From Oscillospiraceae bacterium (GTDB lineage Bacteria; Bacillota; Clostridia; Oscillospirales; UBA929), in assembly GCA_031254575.1 (NCBI GenBank), contig JAIRUE010000039.1, positions 6,793 through 70,792 of the forward strand: a DNA stretch of 64,000 nucleotides, read 5' to 3'. Positions 31,151 to 40,946 of this stretch are shown here, piece by piece (the first letter of the stretch is position 1; each line of letters begins with the position of its first letter). Position numbers and translations under genes: made by a program. The notes beneath the pieces are model-generated. The model was not told the DNA's origin. It saw only the letters and a program-made list of their open reading frames with translations, and searched no databases.

Positions 31151-32560
31151 GTGCTTTTTTCAAGTCCCGAGTTTTTATACTATTTTCTTCCGATCACCCT
31201 TATTCTCTATTTCATAACGCCGATGCCGCAAGGTTCCCCCCGCCTGAGAAATTCGGTGCTGCTGCTGGCAAGCCTTATTTTTTACGCGTGGGGGGAGCCG
31301 AAATACGTCCTGCTGATGGCGGCGCAATGCGCCTCGGCATGGGCTTTTGGGCTGCTCATTGACAAGTATCGCGGGCAAAAGGCCTCGAAGGTCTGGATGA
31401 TCGTCTCCGCCGCGGTGAGTTTTTCGGGACTGATATTCTTCAAATACGCCAACTTTTTCATCACAAACGTCAATAACGCCATAAACGGGCATATCCCCCT
31501 CATCGGCCTGTTGATGCCGGTCGGCATCAGCTTCTACACGTTTCAGATCGTCAGCTACACGTTTGACCTCTACAAGGGCCAGACGGAAGTGCAGCGAAGC
31601 GTGATCGATTTTTCCACTTATGTGGCGCTGTTCCCGCAGCTGATTGCCGGTCCTATCGTGCGTTACGCCGACGTCGCGCGCGAGATCGGGCGCAGGGAGC
31701 ACAGCCTGCCCCGGTTCTCAATGGGTGTGCGGCGCTTTATCATCGGGCTTGGTAAAAAGATGCTGTTGGCGAACATGTTCGGCGAGCTGGTGGACATTTA
31801 TAAAAAAAGCAACGGCACGAGCGTTTTATTTGTTTGGGTCTATATCATCGCCTACTCCCTTCAAATCTATTTCGACTTCTCCGGATACAGCGACATGGCC
31901 ATCGGGCTCGGACACGTTTTCGGTTTCAAATTCCTTGAAAATTTCAACTACCCTTACATAGCCGACAGCATAACAAATTTCTGGCGGCGCTGGCATATGT
32001 CGCTGTCGAGCTGGTTCAGGGACTATGTATATATCCCGCTGGGCGGCAACCGCGTTCCGAAATGGCGGCACGCGTTCAATATCCTTGTCGTCTGGGCCCT
32101 CACCGGCTTCTGGCACGGCGCGGACTGGAATTTTATCCTGTGGGGCGCGTTTTTCGGGGTTGTTCTGCTTGCGGAAAAATTCTTTCTCGGCAAGCTGCTT
32201 GAAAAGACTCCCAAAGCCGTCCGGCATATCTACGTCATGCTGGTGGTGTTCGTAAGCTGGGCGTTTTTCGACGCGGCGGGGCTGGGCGTGTCGTTTGGGG
32301 TGATCGGGCGGATGTTCGGCGCGGGCGCGGGCGCTCTCGCGGACAGGGAAGCTCTGTACTACCTCCGCAGTTACGCGCTCCCGCTGATCATTGGGATCAT
32401 CGGCGCGACGCCGCTGCCGAAGTTTTTAGCCGGTAAAGCTGCGGAAAAGAAGGCGCTTGTCACCGCGCTGGAACCGCTTATTCTCGCGGCGCTGCTGATC
32501 GCCGCGACGGCGTGCATGGTAGACGGTTCGTTCAATCCGTTTATATACTTCCGGTTTTAG
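31151..32560 (+). CDS. MBOAT-family membrane O-acyltransferase (AlgI/DltB-like)
   Basis: MLFSSPEFLYYFLP N-terminus, FYTFQIVSYTFDLYKG, and invariant-His region NFWRRWHMSLSSWFRDYVYIPLGGNR. Confidence 0.9.
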   Translation: MLFSSPEFLYYFLPITLILYFITPMPQGSPRLRNSVLLLASLIFYAWGEPKYVLLMAAQCASAWAFGLLIDKYRGQKASKVWMIVSAAVSFSGLIFFKYANFFITNVNNAINGHIPLIGLLMPVGISFYTFQIVSYTFDLYKGQTEVQRSVIDFSTYVALFPQLIAGPIVRYADVAREIGRREHSLPRFSMGVRRFIIGLGKKMLLANMFGELVDIYKKSNGTSVLFVWVYIIAYSLQIYFDFSGYSDMAIGLGHVFGFKFLENFNYPYIADSITNFWRRWHMSLSSWFRDYVYIPLGGNRVPKWRHAFNILVVWALTGFWHGADWNFILWGAFFGVVLLAEKFFLGKLLEKTPKAVRHIYVMLVVFVSWAFFDAAGLGVSFGVIGRMFGAGAGALADREALYYLRSYALPLIIGIIGATPLPKFLAGKAAEKKALVTALEPLILAALLIAATACMVDGSFNPFIYFRF

Positions 32561-32566
32561 GGGGGC

Positions 32567-33688
32567 GTGGAGATGGAAAAGCGGAAAGCCAGCCTGCGGG
32601 AAACATTGACCGCCGCCGTTTTTATCGCGGTGATAGGCGTGTTTTTTATTCTGAACCTCGCCGTGCCCGCGCCGGAGGTGCTGGTGAGCGAACGCCGCAC
32701 TCCCGCGAAGTTTCCGGAGCTGTCGGTGAAAACCATCCTGTCCGGGGCGTTTATGGGCAATTTCGACGATTACGCCGCCGACCATTTTGTGTTCCGCGAC
32801 GGGTTCCGTTCGATACGCGCGTTCATGGTGCTCGACGTGTTTCTGCAAAGCGACAAGTCCGGTATCTACCGCGATAAGGAGGTTGGTCTCGGCGAGTTCC
32901 GCAAAATGGACGAGACCGCCTTCAGGCAGACCGCCGAAAAAATCAAAAAGGCCGCCGCCTCTCTGGAGGACGTGAACGTTTACTATTCCATTGTGCCTGA
33001 CAAAAGCATATTCGCCGGACGATACATGCCCGGTTTTGACCTTGAAAAGGCAGAGGGTATCCTTTCCGGCGCGCTGGGCGGATACACCTACATCCCGCTT
33101 GCCGGTACGCTGGGCGCGGACAGCTTCTACAAAACCGATCTGCACTGGAATCAGCCCAAAATCGGCGATAAAAGCGGCGGCGTTGTGAACCGCCTGCTCT
33201 CGTCCATGGGTAGGGACCCGGATATGGCCGTGCGCGGTGAAAAGGTTGCCGGGCGGTTCCGCGGCGTCTACGCCGGCCAGCTCGCCCTGCCCGCGGACGC
33301 CGACGGCATGGGGTATTTTGACGTCTCCGGACGGGCGTACTATCTCAATGAGAAGACCCTGCAATTGGAAGAGGGCCCCGTCTATGATTTTGAGCGTTTT
33401 AGCGGCATCGACCCCTACGACTTTTTTCTGCGCGGCCCCCAGCCGCTTATCGTGCTTGAAAACACGGCCGGAGACCCCGGCAGGGAGCTTTACCTGTTTC
33501 GCGACTCCTTCGGCTCCAGCCTGGCGCCGCTCATGCTGGGCGCGTATTCCAGAATAACCCTGATCGACCTGCGCTACCTGAATCTGCAGATCCTCGGCCA
33601 GTTTGTCGATTTCACCCCCGGCTCCGACGCGCTCTTTATTTACAGCTCCCAGATTTTTAACAACCCCAGCGTCTTACAGGTGCATTGA
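32567..33688 (+). CDS. DHHW-family protein (AlgJ/AlgX/DltD-like extracytoplasmic acyl-transfer partner)
   Basis: N-terminal TM anchor, FYKTDLHWN (DHHW-type motif) and C-terminal FRDSFGSSL. It lies directly after the MBOAT gene. Confidence 0.75.
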   Translation: MEMEKRKASLRETLTAAVFIAVIGVFFILNLAVPAPEVLVSERRTPAKFPELSVKTILSGAFMGNFDDYAADHFVFRDGFRSIRAFMVLDVFLQSDKSGIYRDKEVGLGEFRKMDETAFRQTAEKIKKAAASLEDVNVYYSIVPDKSIFAGRYMPGFDLEKAEGILSGALGGYTYIPLAGTLGADSFYKTDLHWNQPKIGDKSGGVVNRLLSSMGRDPDMAVRGEKVAGRFRGVYAGQLALPADADGMGYFDVSGRAYYLNEKTLQLEEGPVYDFERFSGIDPYDFFLRGPQPLIVLENTAGDPGRELYLFRDSFGSSLAPLMLGAYSRITLIDLRYLNLQILGQFVDFTPGSDALFIYSSQIFNNPSVLQVH

Positions 33689-33758
33689 ACACTGTGTCAC
33701 GTCAATACCCGAACTTACGGGCCGGGTTGGCCCGGACAAAAAAACGGAGGTTTACCAT

Positions 33759-34940
33759 ATGTTGATTACCAAAGGAAAAACGGAGATCACACCGCTTGAG
33801 GCGGGGTATGACGAGAAAAGGCTCGACGTTCTTCACAGGCATTTTGAGAGACTGATAAGCGGAAATAAGATCATGTGCGCCTCCTACTGCGCTTCCAGAA
33901 AAGGGAAAGTATTTGCCGCCGGAGCGATCGGGCCGCTGAGATATGACGACCCTGAAAAACCTCTGCTTCCCGACGCGGTAAACCGCATTGCGTCGATCAC
34001 CAAGCTGACGGCCACCGTCGCCGTTATGAAGCTGATCGAGGACGGATTCTTCAGGCTTGACACCCCGGTCAAGGAATTGCTGCCCGAGTTTGACTTCGGC
34101 GACTTTTGGAAAATCAACGTCTATCATCTCCTGACCCACACATCGGGGATGATTCCGGACCAGGGCTATGACGATCTTCCCGAACGCGACTACTGGGCAT
34201 GTATTGATGAATATATCCAAAGCTATGACCCGAAAAAGGACGGGGACTTCAGGTGGCTTTCCGCCGCGCTGAAAGCGGGGGTCAGAAGAGCGCCGGACGC
34301 CGAGTGGCAGTACTGCTCCTTCGGGTTTGCGGTTTTGGGCGAAATTATTTCAAGGGTCAGCGGCGTACACGCTAATAAGTACATAGAGGACGAAATACTA
34401 AAGCCGCTGGGGATGAGAGACAGTGTTTTTGACCTTACTCCCGCTCTCGCGGCGCGCAGTATCGCGGCGAATGAGCGGCAGAAAAAATATCTGGACGCCG
34501 TTGCCGCCGGTCAGGCCGGGGAAGATAAATCTTCCGAATACTGGGATAAAATCCCTTCCACAGGCGGGGGGCTTTTCTCCACGCTTTACGATCTGGTAAA
34601 GTTCGGAAATCTGTGCCTGAATATGGGGACCTTGGGCGGTGAAAGGATTCTCGGCAGAAAGATTTTCGAGAAAATCACAACCCGAGCGCTCTTCGGCAAG
34701 CCCAATTTCGCGTGGAACGTAAACGATCCCGACAGGGCGTACGGAATAGGCTTTGATATGAAAAACGGCGAGTATATCTATTCGCCGGGGAGCTTTTTCC
34801 ACGAGGGCGCCGGAGCGTGCGCGCTGTTTATCGATCCCAAAGAGGAAATGGTGGCGGCCTATTTTGTGCCGGAGGCGAACGGATGGAACGCCGAATCCGT
34901 TTATAACACGCAGATCATCCTGTGGAGCGGATTGATTTGA
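33759..34940 (+). CDS. Serine hydrolase, beta-lactamase/PBP-like fold (SxxK), paralogue 1
   Basis: IASITKLTATVAVMKL (S-x-x-K), YCSFGFAVLGEII, FFHEGAGA. The ATG at 33759 lies after ACGGAGG. No signal peptide. Confidence 0.8.
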   Translation: MLITKGKTEITPLEAGYDEKRLDVLHRHFERLISGNKIMCASYCASRKGKVFAAGAIGPLRYDDPEKPLLPDAVNRIASITKLTATVAVMKLIEDGFFRLDTPVKELLPEFDFGDFWKINVYHLLTHTSGMIPDQGYDDLPERDYWACIDEYIQSYDPKKDGDFRWLSAALKAGVRRAPDAEWQYCSFGFAVLGEIISRVSGVHANKYIEDEILKPLGMRDSVFDLTPALAARSIAANERQKKYLDAVAAGQAGEDKSSEYWDKIPSTGGGLFSTLYDLVKFGNLCLNMGTLGGERILGRKIFEKITTRALFGKPNFAWNVNDPDRAYGIGFDMKNGEYIYSPGSFFHEGAGACALFIDPKEEMVAAYFVPEANGWNAESVYNTQIILWSGLI

Positions 34941-34956
34941 AGGGGGAGCTGTTTAC

Positions 34957-36111
34957 ATGAACAAACATATTACGATCGGCAGCGTCCCGTTTACCCCGGA
35001 GGAAGCGGGATACGAAAGCCTGTATATAGACAGGCTGAACGGGTTTATCGCGCGGATGCTCGATGAAAAAATCGTGCAGGGCGGTTCCTACCATCTCTTC
35101 CGGCGTGGTAAGCTGTTCGCGAATAACGCGGTCGGTTCCCTTGACTACCGCGAACCGGATAAGCCGCTTTTACCCGATAGCATACGGAGGATCGCTTCTA
35201 TCACAAAGCTCTTTACCTCTGTTGCTATTTTCCAGCTTGCCGAGCAAGGCTATATCAATATCAACGACCCTGTCGCGCAGCACCTGTCTGAATTTGACAC
35301 CTCGCTCCACAGGGGAATCACCGTATATAATCTGCTCACGCATACATCGGGCTTATTGCCTGACGGCGGCGCTTTTGACGAGCCGTATGAGAACCGCTGG
35401 ACGAACCATATCAATAATTTTGACGGCAATTGGATCAAGGCGATGCTGACGCAGCCTCCTCACTGCAAACCCAACACCGAATGGGCGTATTCATCCTATT
35501 GTTTCTGTATGCTCGGCGAGATCATACAGCGGATCAGCGGGAAAAAACTCGAGGATTTTGTCATGGAAAACATCGTGACCCCGCTTCATATGAAAGATAC
35601 CTTTTACGAGCTGCCCGAAGAGCTTTTTGACCGCGTATGCGTGACGACCGAATGGGAGATTCCCCGGAAAAGGAGCAACAAGGAGGAAAACATCTGGGAC
35701 AAAGTGCCGCCGGGAGGTTGGGGGATATGCTCCACGCCCGCCGATTTGAGCCTGTTCGGGCAAATGCTGTTGAACAACGGAAGTCTGAACGGGACGCGGA
35801 TCATCGGGAGAAAATCGGTGGAGAATTTAGTGCACCCGCATTTGAAAAACAGCAATTTCCGTAATTACTGCTGGGGCGCGGACGAGATCCAGAACCACCA
35901 TTGCGGGCTGGGCTTTGAGGTAATGGCGGATAAACCGTTCAATCAGATGTCGGAGGGGACCTACGGACACGAAGGCTCGGGCGTAAGCTGGTTTTATGTG
36001 GACCCGAAAGAGGAATTTATCGCAAGTGTGTTCATGCCGTATTACGAGGGTAATTTCAATCTCATACCCATTCACAGGACGAAGTATGTCATATGGGCGG
36101 GTTTGATTTAA
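34957..36111 (+). CDS. Serine hydrolase, beta-lactamase/PBP-like fold (SxxK), paralogue 2
   Basis: IASITKLFTSVAIFQL, YSSYCFCMLGEII, YGHEGSG. Collinear with paralogue 1. Confidence 0.8.
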   Translation: MNKHITIGSVPFTPEEAGYESLYIDRLNGFIARMLDEKIVQGGSYHLFRRGKLFANNAVGSLDYREPDKPLLPDSIRRIASITKLFTSVAIFQLAEQGYININDPVAQHLSEFDTSLHRGITVYNLLTHTSGLLPDGGAFDEPYENRWTNHINNFDGNWIKAMLTQPPHCKPNTEWAYSSYCFCMLGEIIQRISGKKLEDFVMENIVTPLHMKDTFYELPEELFDRVCVTTEWEIPRKRSNKEENIWDKVPPGGWGICSTPADLSLFGQMLLNNGSLNGTRIIGRKSVENLVHPHLKNSNFRNYCWGADEIQNHHCGLGFEVMADKPFNQMSEGTYGHEGSGVSWFYVDPKEEFIASVFMPYYEGNFNLIPIHRTKYVIWAGLI

Positions 36112-36114
36112 CGC

Positions 36115-36933
36115 ATGAAGCTGTTCAAAAGAAAGATCGATACGCTGATCGCGGTGGCGTTCGTTACGTTTAAGGAGTGGGGCGCGTACCGCACCCATTC
36201 TATGGTTTCGATTTTCGTCGGCCCCGTGTATTTCGCGGCGCAGTATTACATCTGGACGGCGGTTTATGGCGGGAGCGGCGAACTAAACGGCATGAAGCTC
36301 GCCGAAATGATACGCTATTTCGGAGCGAGCGCGCTGATCGGTTATCTGGTCATGGATTTCGCGGCCTGGAATCTAAACATGCTCGTTGAGAGCGGAAAAT
36401 TCCTGACATTTGCGCTGCGCCCGCTCAACCACCGGTTTTTTGCCTTCTCCCAAAAAGCGGGGCACCGCCTTTTGGGTTTTGTCCTGGAGTTTATCCCCTG
36501 CCTGATCCTGTTCGCGCTCTTATTCAAGGTTGATATGCGCCCCGCATATGCCGGCTGGTTACTGTTGTCGGTTGTTTTGGCGTTTTTGATGAATTTTTTT
36601 GTTAATTACTGTCTCGGAATGTTCTCGTTTTGGTTTGTACACTCGGGCGGCATCAGGATGGTTTACGGTTTATTCAGCAGCGTTTTCACCGGGATGCTGA
36701 TTCCGCTGGTATTCTTTCCAAAGCCGCTGCAGGTTATCCAGCTCTTCCTGCCCTTCCAATATACGGCTTATGTACCGGTCATGGTGTTTCTGGGCCGGTA
36801 CTCGCTGGGCGGCATAACGCTGCCGATACCCGCGATTGTGGGCATACAGGCGGTTGCGGTCATGACGGTATTTGTCATCTCCGAGATCATGTACAGAGCG
36901 GCAATGAAGCGGTTTACCGCGGTGGGGGCCTGA
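36115..36933 (+). CDS. ABC-2 family transporter permease
   Basis: Six-TM protein starting 3 nt after the preceding stop. It is paired with a second permease and an ATPase. Confidence 0.65.
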   Translation: MKLFKRKIDTLIAVAFVTFKEWGAYRTHSMVSIFVGPVYFAAQYYIWTAVYGGSGELNGMKLAEMIRYFGASALIGYLVMDFAAWNLNMLVESGKFLTFALRPLNHRFFAFSQKAGHRLLGFVLEFIPCLILFALLFKVDMRPAYAGWLLLSVVLAFLMNFFVNYCLGMFSFWFVHSGGIRMVYGLFSSVFTGMLIPLVFFPKPLQVIQLFLPFQYTAYVPVMVFLGRYSLGGITLPIPAIVGIQAVAVMTVFVISEIMYRAAMKRFTAVGA

Positions 36934-36934
36934 T

Positions 36935-37717
36935 ATGAAGAAGCTGTTGGCTATTTACAAGACATGCGTCAAAACCGCGCTCAACAGGGCGGCGGCATAC
37001 CGGCTCAACTTTATACTGTCCTTTCTGATAACGCTTGGCTCCAATATATTGTTCCCGCTTGTAACGATTTTGATTTACAACTCGGGGGCCAGTTTCCCGG
37101 AATGGGATTTTTATGAGGTACTGCTGATACAGGCGGTCTTTACCTTATCGCACGGATTGGCTGGTATTGTCTTCAACGAGGTTTTGTGGAAAACCATGCT
37201 GCATATCCGTGAGGGGAGTTTTGAAATCGTGCTGTTAAAGCCGCTTACCCCCCTGTTTTTCCTCATATCAACGAGCTTCGAGCCTGAATTTGCCGGTTTG
37301 CTGATTGGCGGCGGCGTGATGTTCGGGATTGCGGCTGCGCATACGGGAATAGCGTCGGCGTTGGCAATCGGGCAGTTTTTGCTGTTATTCGCGGCGGGTT
37401 TCGCGGTTATGGCGGGCATAAACATGATGATGGCGGCCACCTCTTTTAAGTGGGTGGGAAACTCTCGGATACCCGAAATCTTTGAAAGCGTGAAAAATTT
37501 CGGGAAATATCCCGCCGCTGTGTTTCCGCAAATCATACGGGGGCTCGCGGCGTTTATTATTCCGGTGAGCATGATCGGATTTTTCCCCGCGGGCGCGCTG
37601 CTGGGACGGCTTGACCTGACCGCCTTTATTGCCATATTGCCTTGTTTTTTATTCATGCTGATCGGGATATGGCTGTATAATCACATGATCAGGCTTTATG
37701 AAGGGGTGGGAGGGTAA
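36935..37717 (+). CDS. ABC-2 family transporter permease
   Basis: Six-TM protein, tightly coupled to both neighbours. Confidence 0.65.
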   Translation: MKKLLAIYKTCVKTALNRAAAYRLNFILSFLITLGSNILFPLVTILIYNSGASFPEWDFYEVLLIQAVFTLSHGLAGIVFNEVLWKTMLHIREGSFEIVLLKPLTPLFFLISTSFEPEFAGLLIGGGVMFGIAAAHTGIASALAIGQFLLLFAAGFAVMAGINMMMAATSFKWVGNSRIPEIFESVKNFGKYPAAVFPQIIRGLAAFIIPVSMIGFFPAGALLGRLDLTAFIAILPCFLFMLIGIWLYNHMIRLYEGVGG

Positions 37718-38703
37718 TGCCAATTATCGAGGTTAATAACCTTACAAAAACATACACGACATATAAACGGGGAAGCGGCGCGAAGGACAGCGTAAAGAGC
37801 TTTTTCAGGCGCGAGCGCGTTGTTGTAAACGCCGTCGACAACATATCTTTTACGGTCGAGGAGGGCAGTATCTGCGGCATACTGGGTCCCAACGGCGCGG
37901 GTAAATCCACAACGATCAAAATGCTGTGCGGCGCGCTGTTCCCCACTTCGGGCGGGATAACCGCGTTACATATGAGGCCTTACGCGGACAGGAAACGCTA
38001 TGTCGGCGAAATCGGCGCGGTGTTCGGTCAGCGCAGCCAGTTAATCTGGGATATACCTCCGATTGACAGTTTTAATATGAACCGGGCGATTTACGGAATA
38101 TCGCAGGCCGACTATAAATCAAGGCTTGACGAGTTGGCGGAGTTGTTTGAACTGACCGAGATCATGCACAAGCCTACGCGGGTCTTATCGCTTGGCGAGC
38201 GCATGAAGTGCGAGTTTATCATGGCGATGCTGCATAAGCCGAAAATCGTATTCCTGGACGAGCCGACTATCGGGCTTGACGTGATCGCCAAAGCGAAAAT
38301 CCGCGAGTTTATTCAGAAGATGAACGCGCAGGGAACGACGTTTATCCTCACAACGCATGATTTGGAGGATGTAAAGCAGTTAGCCGGCCATGTGATCATC
38401 ATCAACCACGGGGTCAAGGTTTTCGACGACACGCTGCAAAAACTGCAGCTCAACCTGGGGGAGAAAAAGATCATTGAACTGACGCTGGAACGCGAAATGG
38501 ATTTTGACGCTTCCGCTTTAGGCGCGAGGCTGGCCGGGCGAAAATCGCCGCTTGAACTGACGCTGGAGGTCGATATGTCGCAGACGGTCATCAGTGATTT
38601 TATCGAGCAATTATCAAAGAAAACAGGTTTTTCGGATATATCGGTCAAGGAGCTTCCTATGGAAGAGATCATCACAAGGATTTACAGCGAGACGGTAAGC
38701 TGA
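37717..38703 (+). CDS. ABC transporter ATP-binding protein
   Basis: Walker A GPNGAGKSTT, signature LSLGERMKCEF, Walker B VFLDEPT, plus an about 100-aa C-terminal extension. The start overlaps the upstream stop (TAATG). Confidence 0.85.
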   Translation: MPIIEVNNLTKTYTTYKRGSGAKDSVKSFFRRERVVVNAVDNISFTVEEGSICGILGPNGAGKSTTIKMLCGALFPTSGGITALHMRPYADRKRYVGEIGAVFGQRSQLIWDIPPIDSFNMNRAIYGISQADYKSRLDELAELFELTEIMHKPTRVLSLGERMKCEFIMAMLHKPKIVFLDEPTIGLDVIAKAKIREFIQKMNAQGTTFILTTHDLEDVKQLAGHVIIINHGVKVFDDTLQKLQLNLGEKKIIELTLEREMDFDASALGARLAGRKSPLELTLEVDMSQTVISDFIEQLSKKTGFSDISVKELPMEEIITRIYSETVS

Positions 38704-38789
38704 CGGTAAAGCCGATCCTGAAAACGGTCAGTTTCAAAACGACTGACAGGGATACGATAAAAATCATAAGGACAGCTTTCCCCATTTCA

Positions 38790-40220
38790 TTACGGCCATT
38801 CTCTCCCCAGTTTCTCTAACCTGTTGTTAAACCTGTTAACCGACAAATTAAAACGCTGCCAGCGGGATGCTGAGTCACTGTAATCCTGATTTATACGCTC
38901 AAAATAGGCGTCAACTGCCATTTTTACTCTCGCATCGTCGCTTCCAAGCAACCTTTCGATCTGCGGCGCCGCGTCCGCGGACAAACTCAGCGCGTAATAA
39001 ATCCCTTCCCGGCCCGTTTTGAAATACCTGTCAATTTGATCTTTTGCAATGACGGCGTCCATTGGCACAACGTTTAACAGCAGATAATAAGTCAGCCCGA
39101 TGGCCGCATAAACGGCAACAATATTGAACGCGGGCTTTATAATATACGCGAACGTAAACGCGAGCCCTATCGCTTCAAAAATAAGGAACCCAAATACCAA
39201 AAACCGCAGCCGTGTAAGCCCGTCGTCCGCATTATACAGCCACATCCGGTAAAACGACGAAATCAGCAGTATCCCCGTGACGGCACATAAATAGCAGCAT
39301 AATAGCTTTGTCAGCTTTGCCCATTTCCCTGTCTGCGCTTTTGTCAGCCAAACTGTAAAGAGAATGAGTAAAATATTGAGCCCGCTTAAAAACAGCAGCT
39401 CAAAGAATCCGCGGCGGGCGTAATGGGTATAGGTCAGTCCGTATGGCAGATTGTCTCCGCTCGCGAACAGGTACCTGAACTGGATCACCACAAAGATGGT
39501 ATAAATCACCAGAATGGATACAAGCAATATGTTCAGTATAATTAAGTCCCCGCTTTTTACTTTCCTGTCAGCCGCTTTTTCACATCCAGGCTGATATACG
39601 GAATAAACAAGCCCAAACAGGTAAAAGCCCGCGATAATCCCCCACACTATTTTCAACAGCGCATCGAAGTTCATAATCTTTATAATATCTCTCAGGATTT
39701 TTGACACGCTGTTTGAAAATATCAGATCGGCGGAGGAAAGCATTACCAGCAAAAACAGTACGCAGGGTACGGAAACGGCAACGCCGATCAAGACCCGTTT
39801 TGCGGTTCTGGTGTGTTTTTGATTGATTTCGGCGCACCATTTGAAGGGCACGGCAAAGTATCGGAGCGGCTCCGGTATATTTTTCAGTATGTTACCAATA
39901 AACCGTGCCGACACTTCTCTCACCGGCAATCTGTCCGTCATCCACAGCGTCATGACGCTGTACAGTACAAACACAACAATAAAATTGGATACCCGCCATA
40001 TTTCGTTTGCGCTTATAAAGGAATTGAGCGCAAGAACAAAGACGGGAATAAACGTCAAAAGAGGTTTCTTTTTAGGCGTTAAAAAAACCAAGCACACAAA
40101 CTGTATGACTGCAAATACCGGCACGCTGATCCCCGCGTTCCGAGGCAATACCAAATAGGAAAATCCAATTGCCGAAATCAGCAAATATAATAATAATTTT
40201 AACTTTAATGATTTTTCCAT
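38790..40220 (-). CDS. Large polytopic membrane protein (DUF4153/DUF4173-like) with soluble C-terminal tail
   Basis: 476 aa, at least 10 TM, low GC. Third gene of the DUF2975-HTH operon. Confidence 0.5.
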   Translation of the reverse strand: MEKSLKLKLLLYLLISAIGFSYLVLPRNAGISVPVFAVIQFVCLVFLTPKKKPLLTFIPVFVLALNSFISANEIWRVSNFIVVFVLYSVMTLWMTDRLPVREVSARFIGNILKNIPEPLRYFAVPFKWCAEINQKHTRTAKRVLIGVAVSVPCVLFLLVMLSSADLIFSNSVSKILRDIIKIMNFDALLKIVWGIIAGFYLFGLVYSVYQPGCEKAADRKVKSGDLIILNILLVSILVIYTIFVVIQFRYLFASGDNLPYGLTYTHYARRGFFELLFLSGLNILLILFTVWLTKAQTGKWAKLTKLLCCYLCAVTGILLISSFYRMWLYNADDGLTRLRFLVFGFLIFEAIGLAFTFAYIIKPAFNIVAVYAAIGLTYYLLLNVVPMDAVIAKDQIDRYFKTGREGIYYALSLSADAAPQIERLLGSDDARVKMAVDAYFERINQDYSDSASRWQRFNLSVNRFNNRLEKLGREWP

Positions 40221-40223
40221 TTC

Positions 40224-40433
40224 TTATTCCTCCCTGAATTCCAAAATGTCCCCCGGCTGGCAGTGAAGGGTTTTACAGATTTCCTCCAGTGTTGAGAACC
40301 GGATTGCTTTGGCCTTGCAATTTTTCAAAATGGATAAATTTGCGGGCGTGATATTCATTTTTTCCGCAAGCTCCATAAGGCCGATTTTCCGCTTTGCCAT
40401 CATGACGTCTAAGTTCACTATTATAGGCATCAA
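40224..40433 (-). CDS. YozG-type (Cro/C1, XRE-like) helix-turn-helix transcriptional regulator
   Basis: IIVNLDVMMAKRKIGLMELAEKMNITPANLSILKNCKAKAIRFSTLEEICKTLHCQPGDILEF is the hallmark YozG-family sequence. Confidence 0.85.
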   Translation of the reverse strand: MMPIIVNLDVMMAKRKIGLMELAEKMNITPANLSILKNCKAKAIRFSTLEEICKTLHCQPGDILEFREE

Positions 40434-40886
40434 TCACACCGTCCAGTCGTTTTCTTCTTTGTAGGCTACGGCTTGCTTGAACACGTCTTTCAGCGTCAGG
40501 CAAAACAACCCTAAAAGCGAAAATATGATTACAATCAAGGATGACGCGATCGTAAACCAAAAACAGATTTTCAGTAAGAATATGACCGCAATCAAAAAAC
40601 TCGCGACGGAGCATTTTCTGAGGCAGCTGACATTCGGCGCGGTAAACGGATTGCCGCCGAGCAGCGTTCTGAAGATAGCCTTCAGCTGCCACAAAAGGGA
40701 AAGCGCGCATAATCCCGACAATATCAGAATGACGGTGTACGGTATGACTATATACGGAGAATACCCCAAAAAACCGGCAAGCGCGGGCATAATAAAAGGC
40801 AGCGCGATACACCCTATAATTCCGCCGTAAAACATAATGTCAACCAGCACCTTTGTCAGATAATGTACGAAACTGTTCTTATACAT
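40434..40886 (-). CDS. DUF2975-like 4-TM membrane protein
   Basis: 150 aa, 4 TM. Its stop abuts the YozG start. DUF2975 followed by a YozG HTH is a recurrent Firmicutes pair. Confidence 0.6.
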   Translation of the reverse strand: MYKNSFVHYLTKVLVDIMFYGGIIGCIALPFIMPALAGFLGYSPYIVIPYTVILILSGLCALSLLWQLKAIFRTLLGGNPFTAPNVSCLRKCSVASFLIAVIFLLKICFWFTIASSLIVIIFSLLGLFCLTLKDVFKQAVAYKEENDWTV

Positions 40887-40889
40887 ACC

Positions 40890-40946
40890 AATGCCTCCAT
40901 AAATGATTTATGGAGGCATTATACCATGTGGCTTTTCGATTGTCAA
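40890..40946 (-). promoter_or_regulatory. Consensus promoter overlapping a perfect 31-bp palindrome (operator candidate)
   Basis: Minus strand: TTGACA (40946-40941), 17-nt spacer, TGgTATAAT (TATAAT = 40923-40918). Palindrome AATGCCTCCATAAAT-g-ATTTATGGAGGCATT at 40890-40920 spans the -10 edge, the TSS region and the SD (GGAGG). Confidence 0.65.

Noticed and set aside
32426-33364. 312-aa minus-strand ORF
   Set aside because: It is antisense to the MBOAT 3' end and the DHHW gene, so it is a shadow ORF.
40273-40812. 179-aa minus-strand ORF overlapping the DUF2975 and YozG genes in another frame
   Set aside because: The two shorter ORFs give a recognisable YozG HTH and a clean 4-TM protein with abutting stop and start. 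The long alternative frame is Arg-rich and has no motif.
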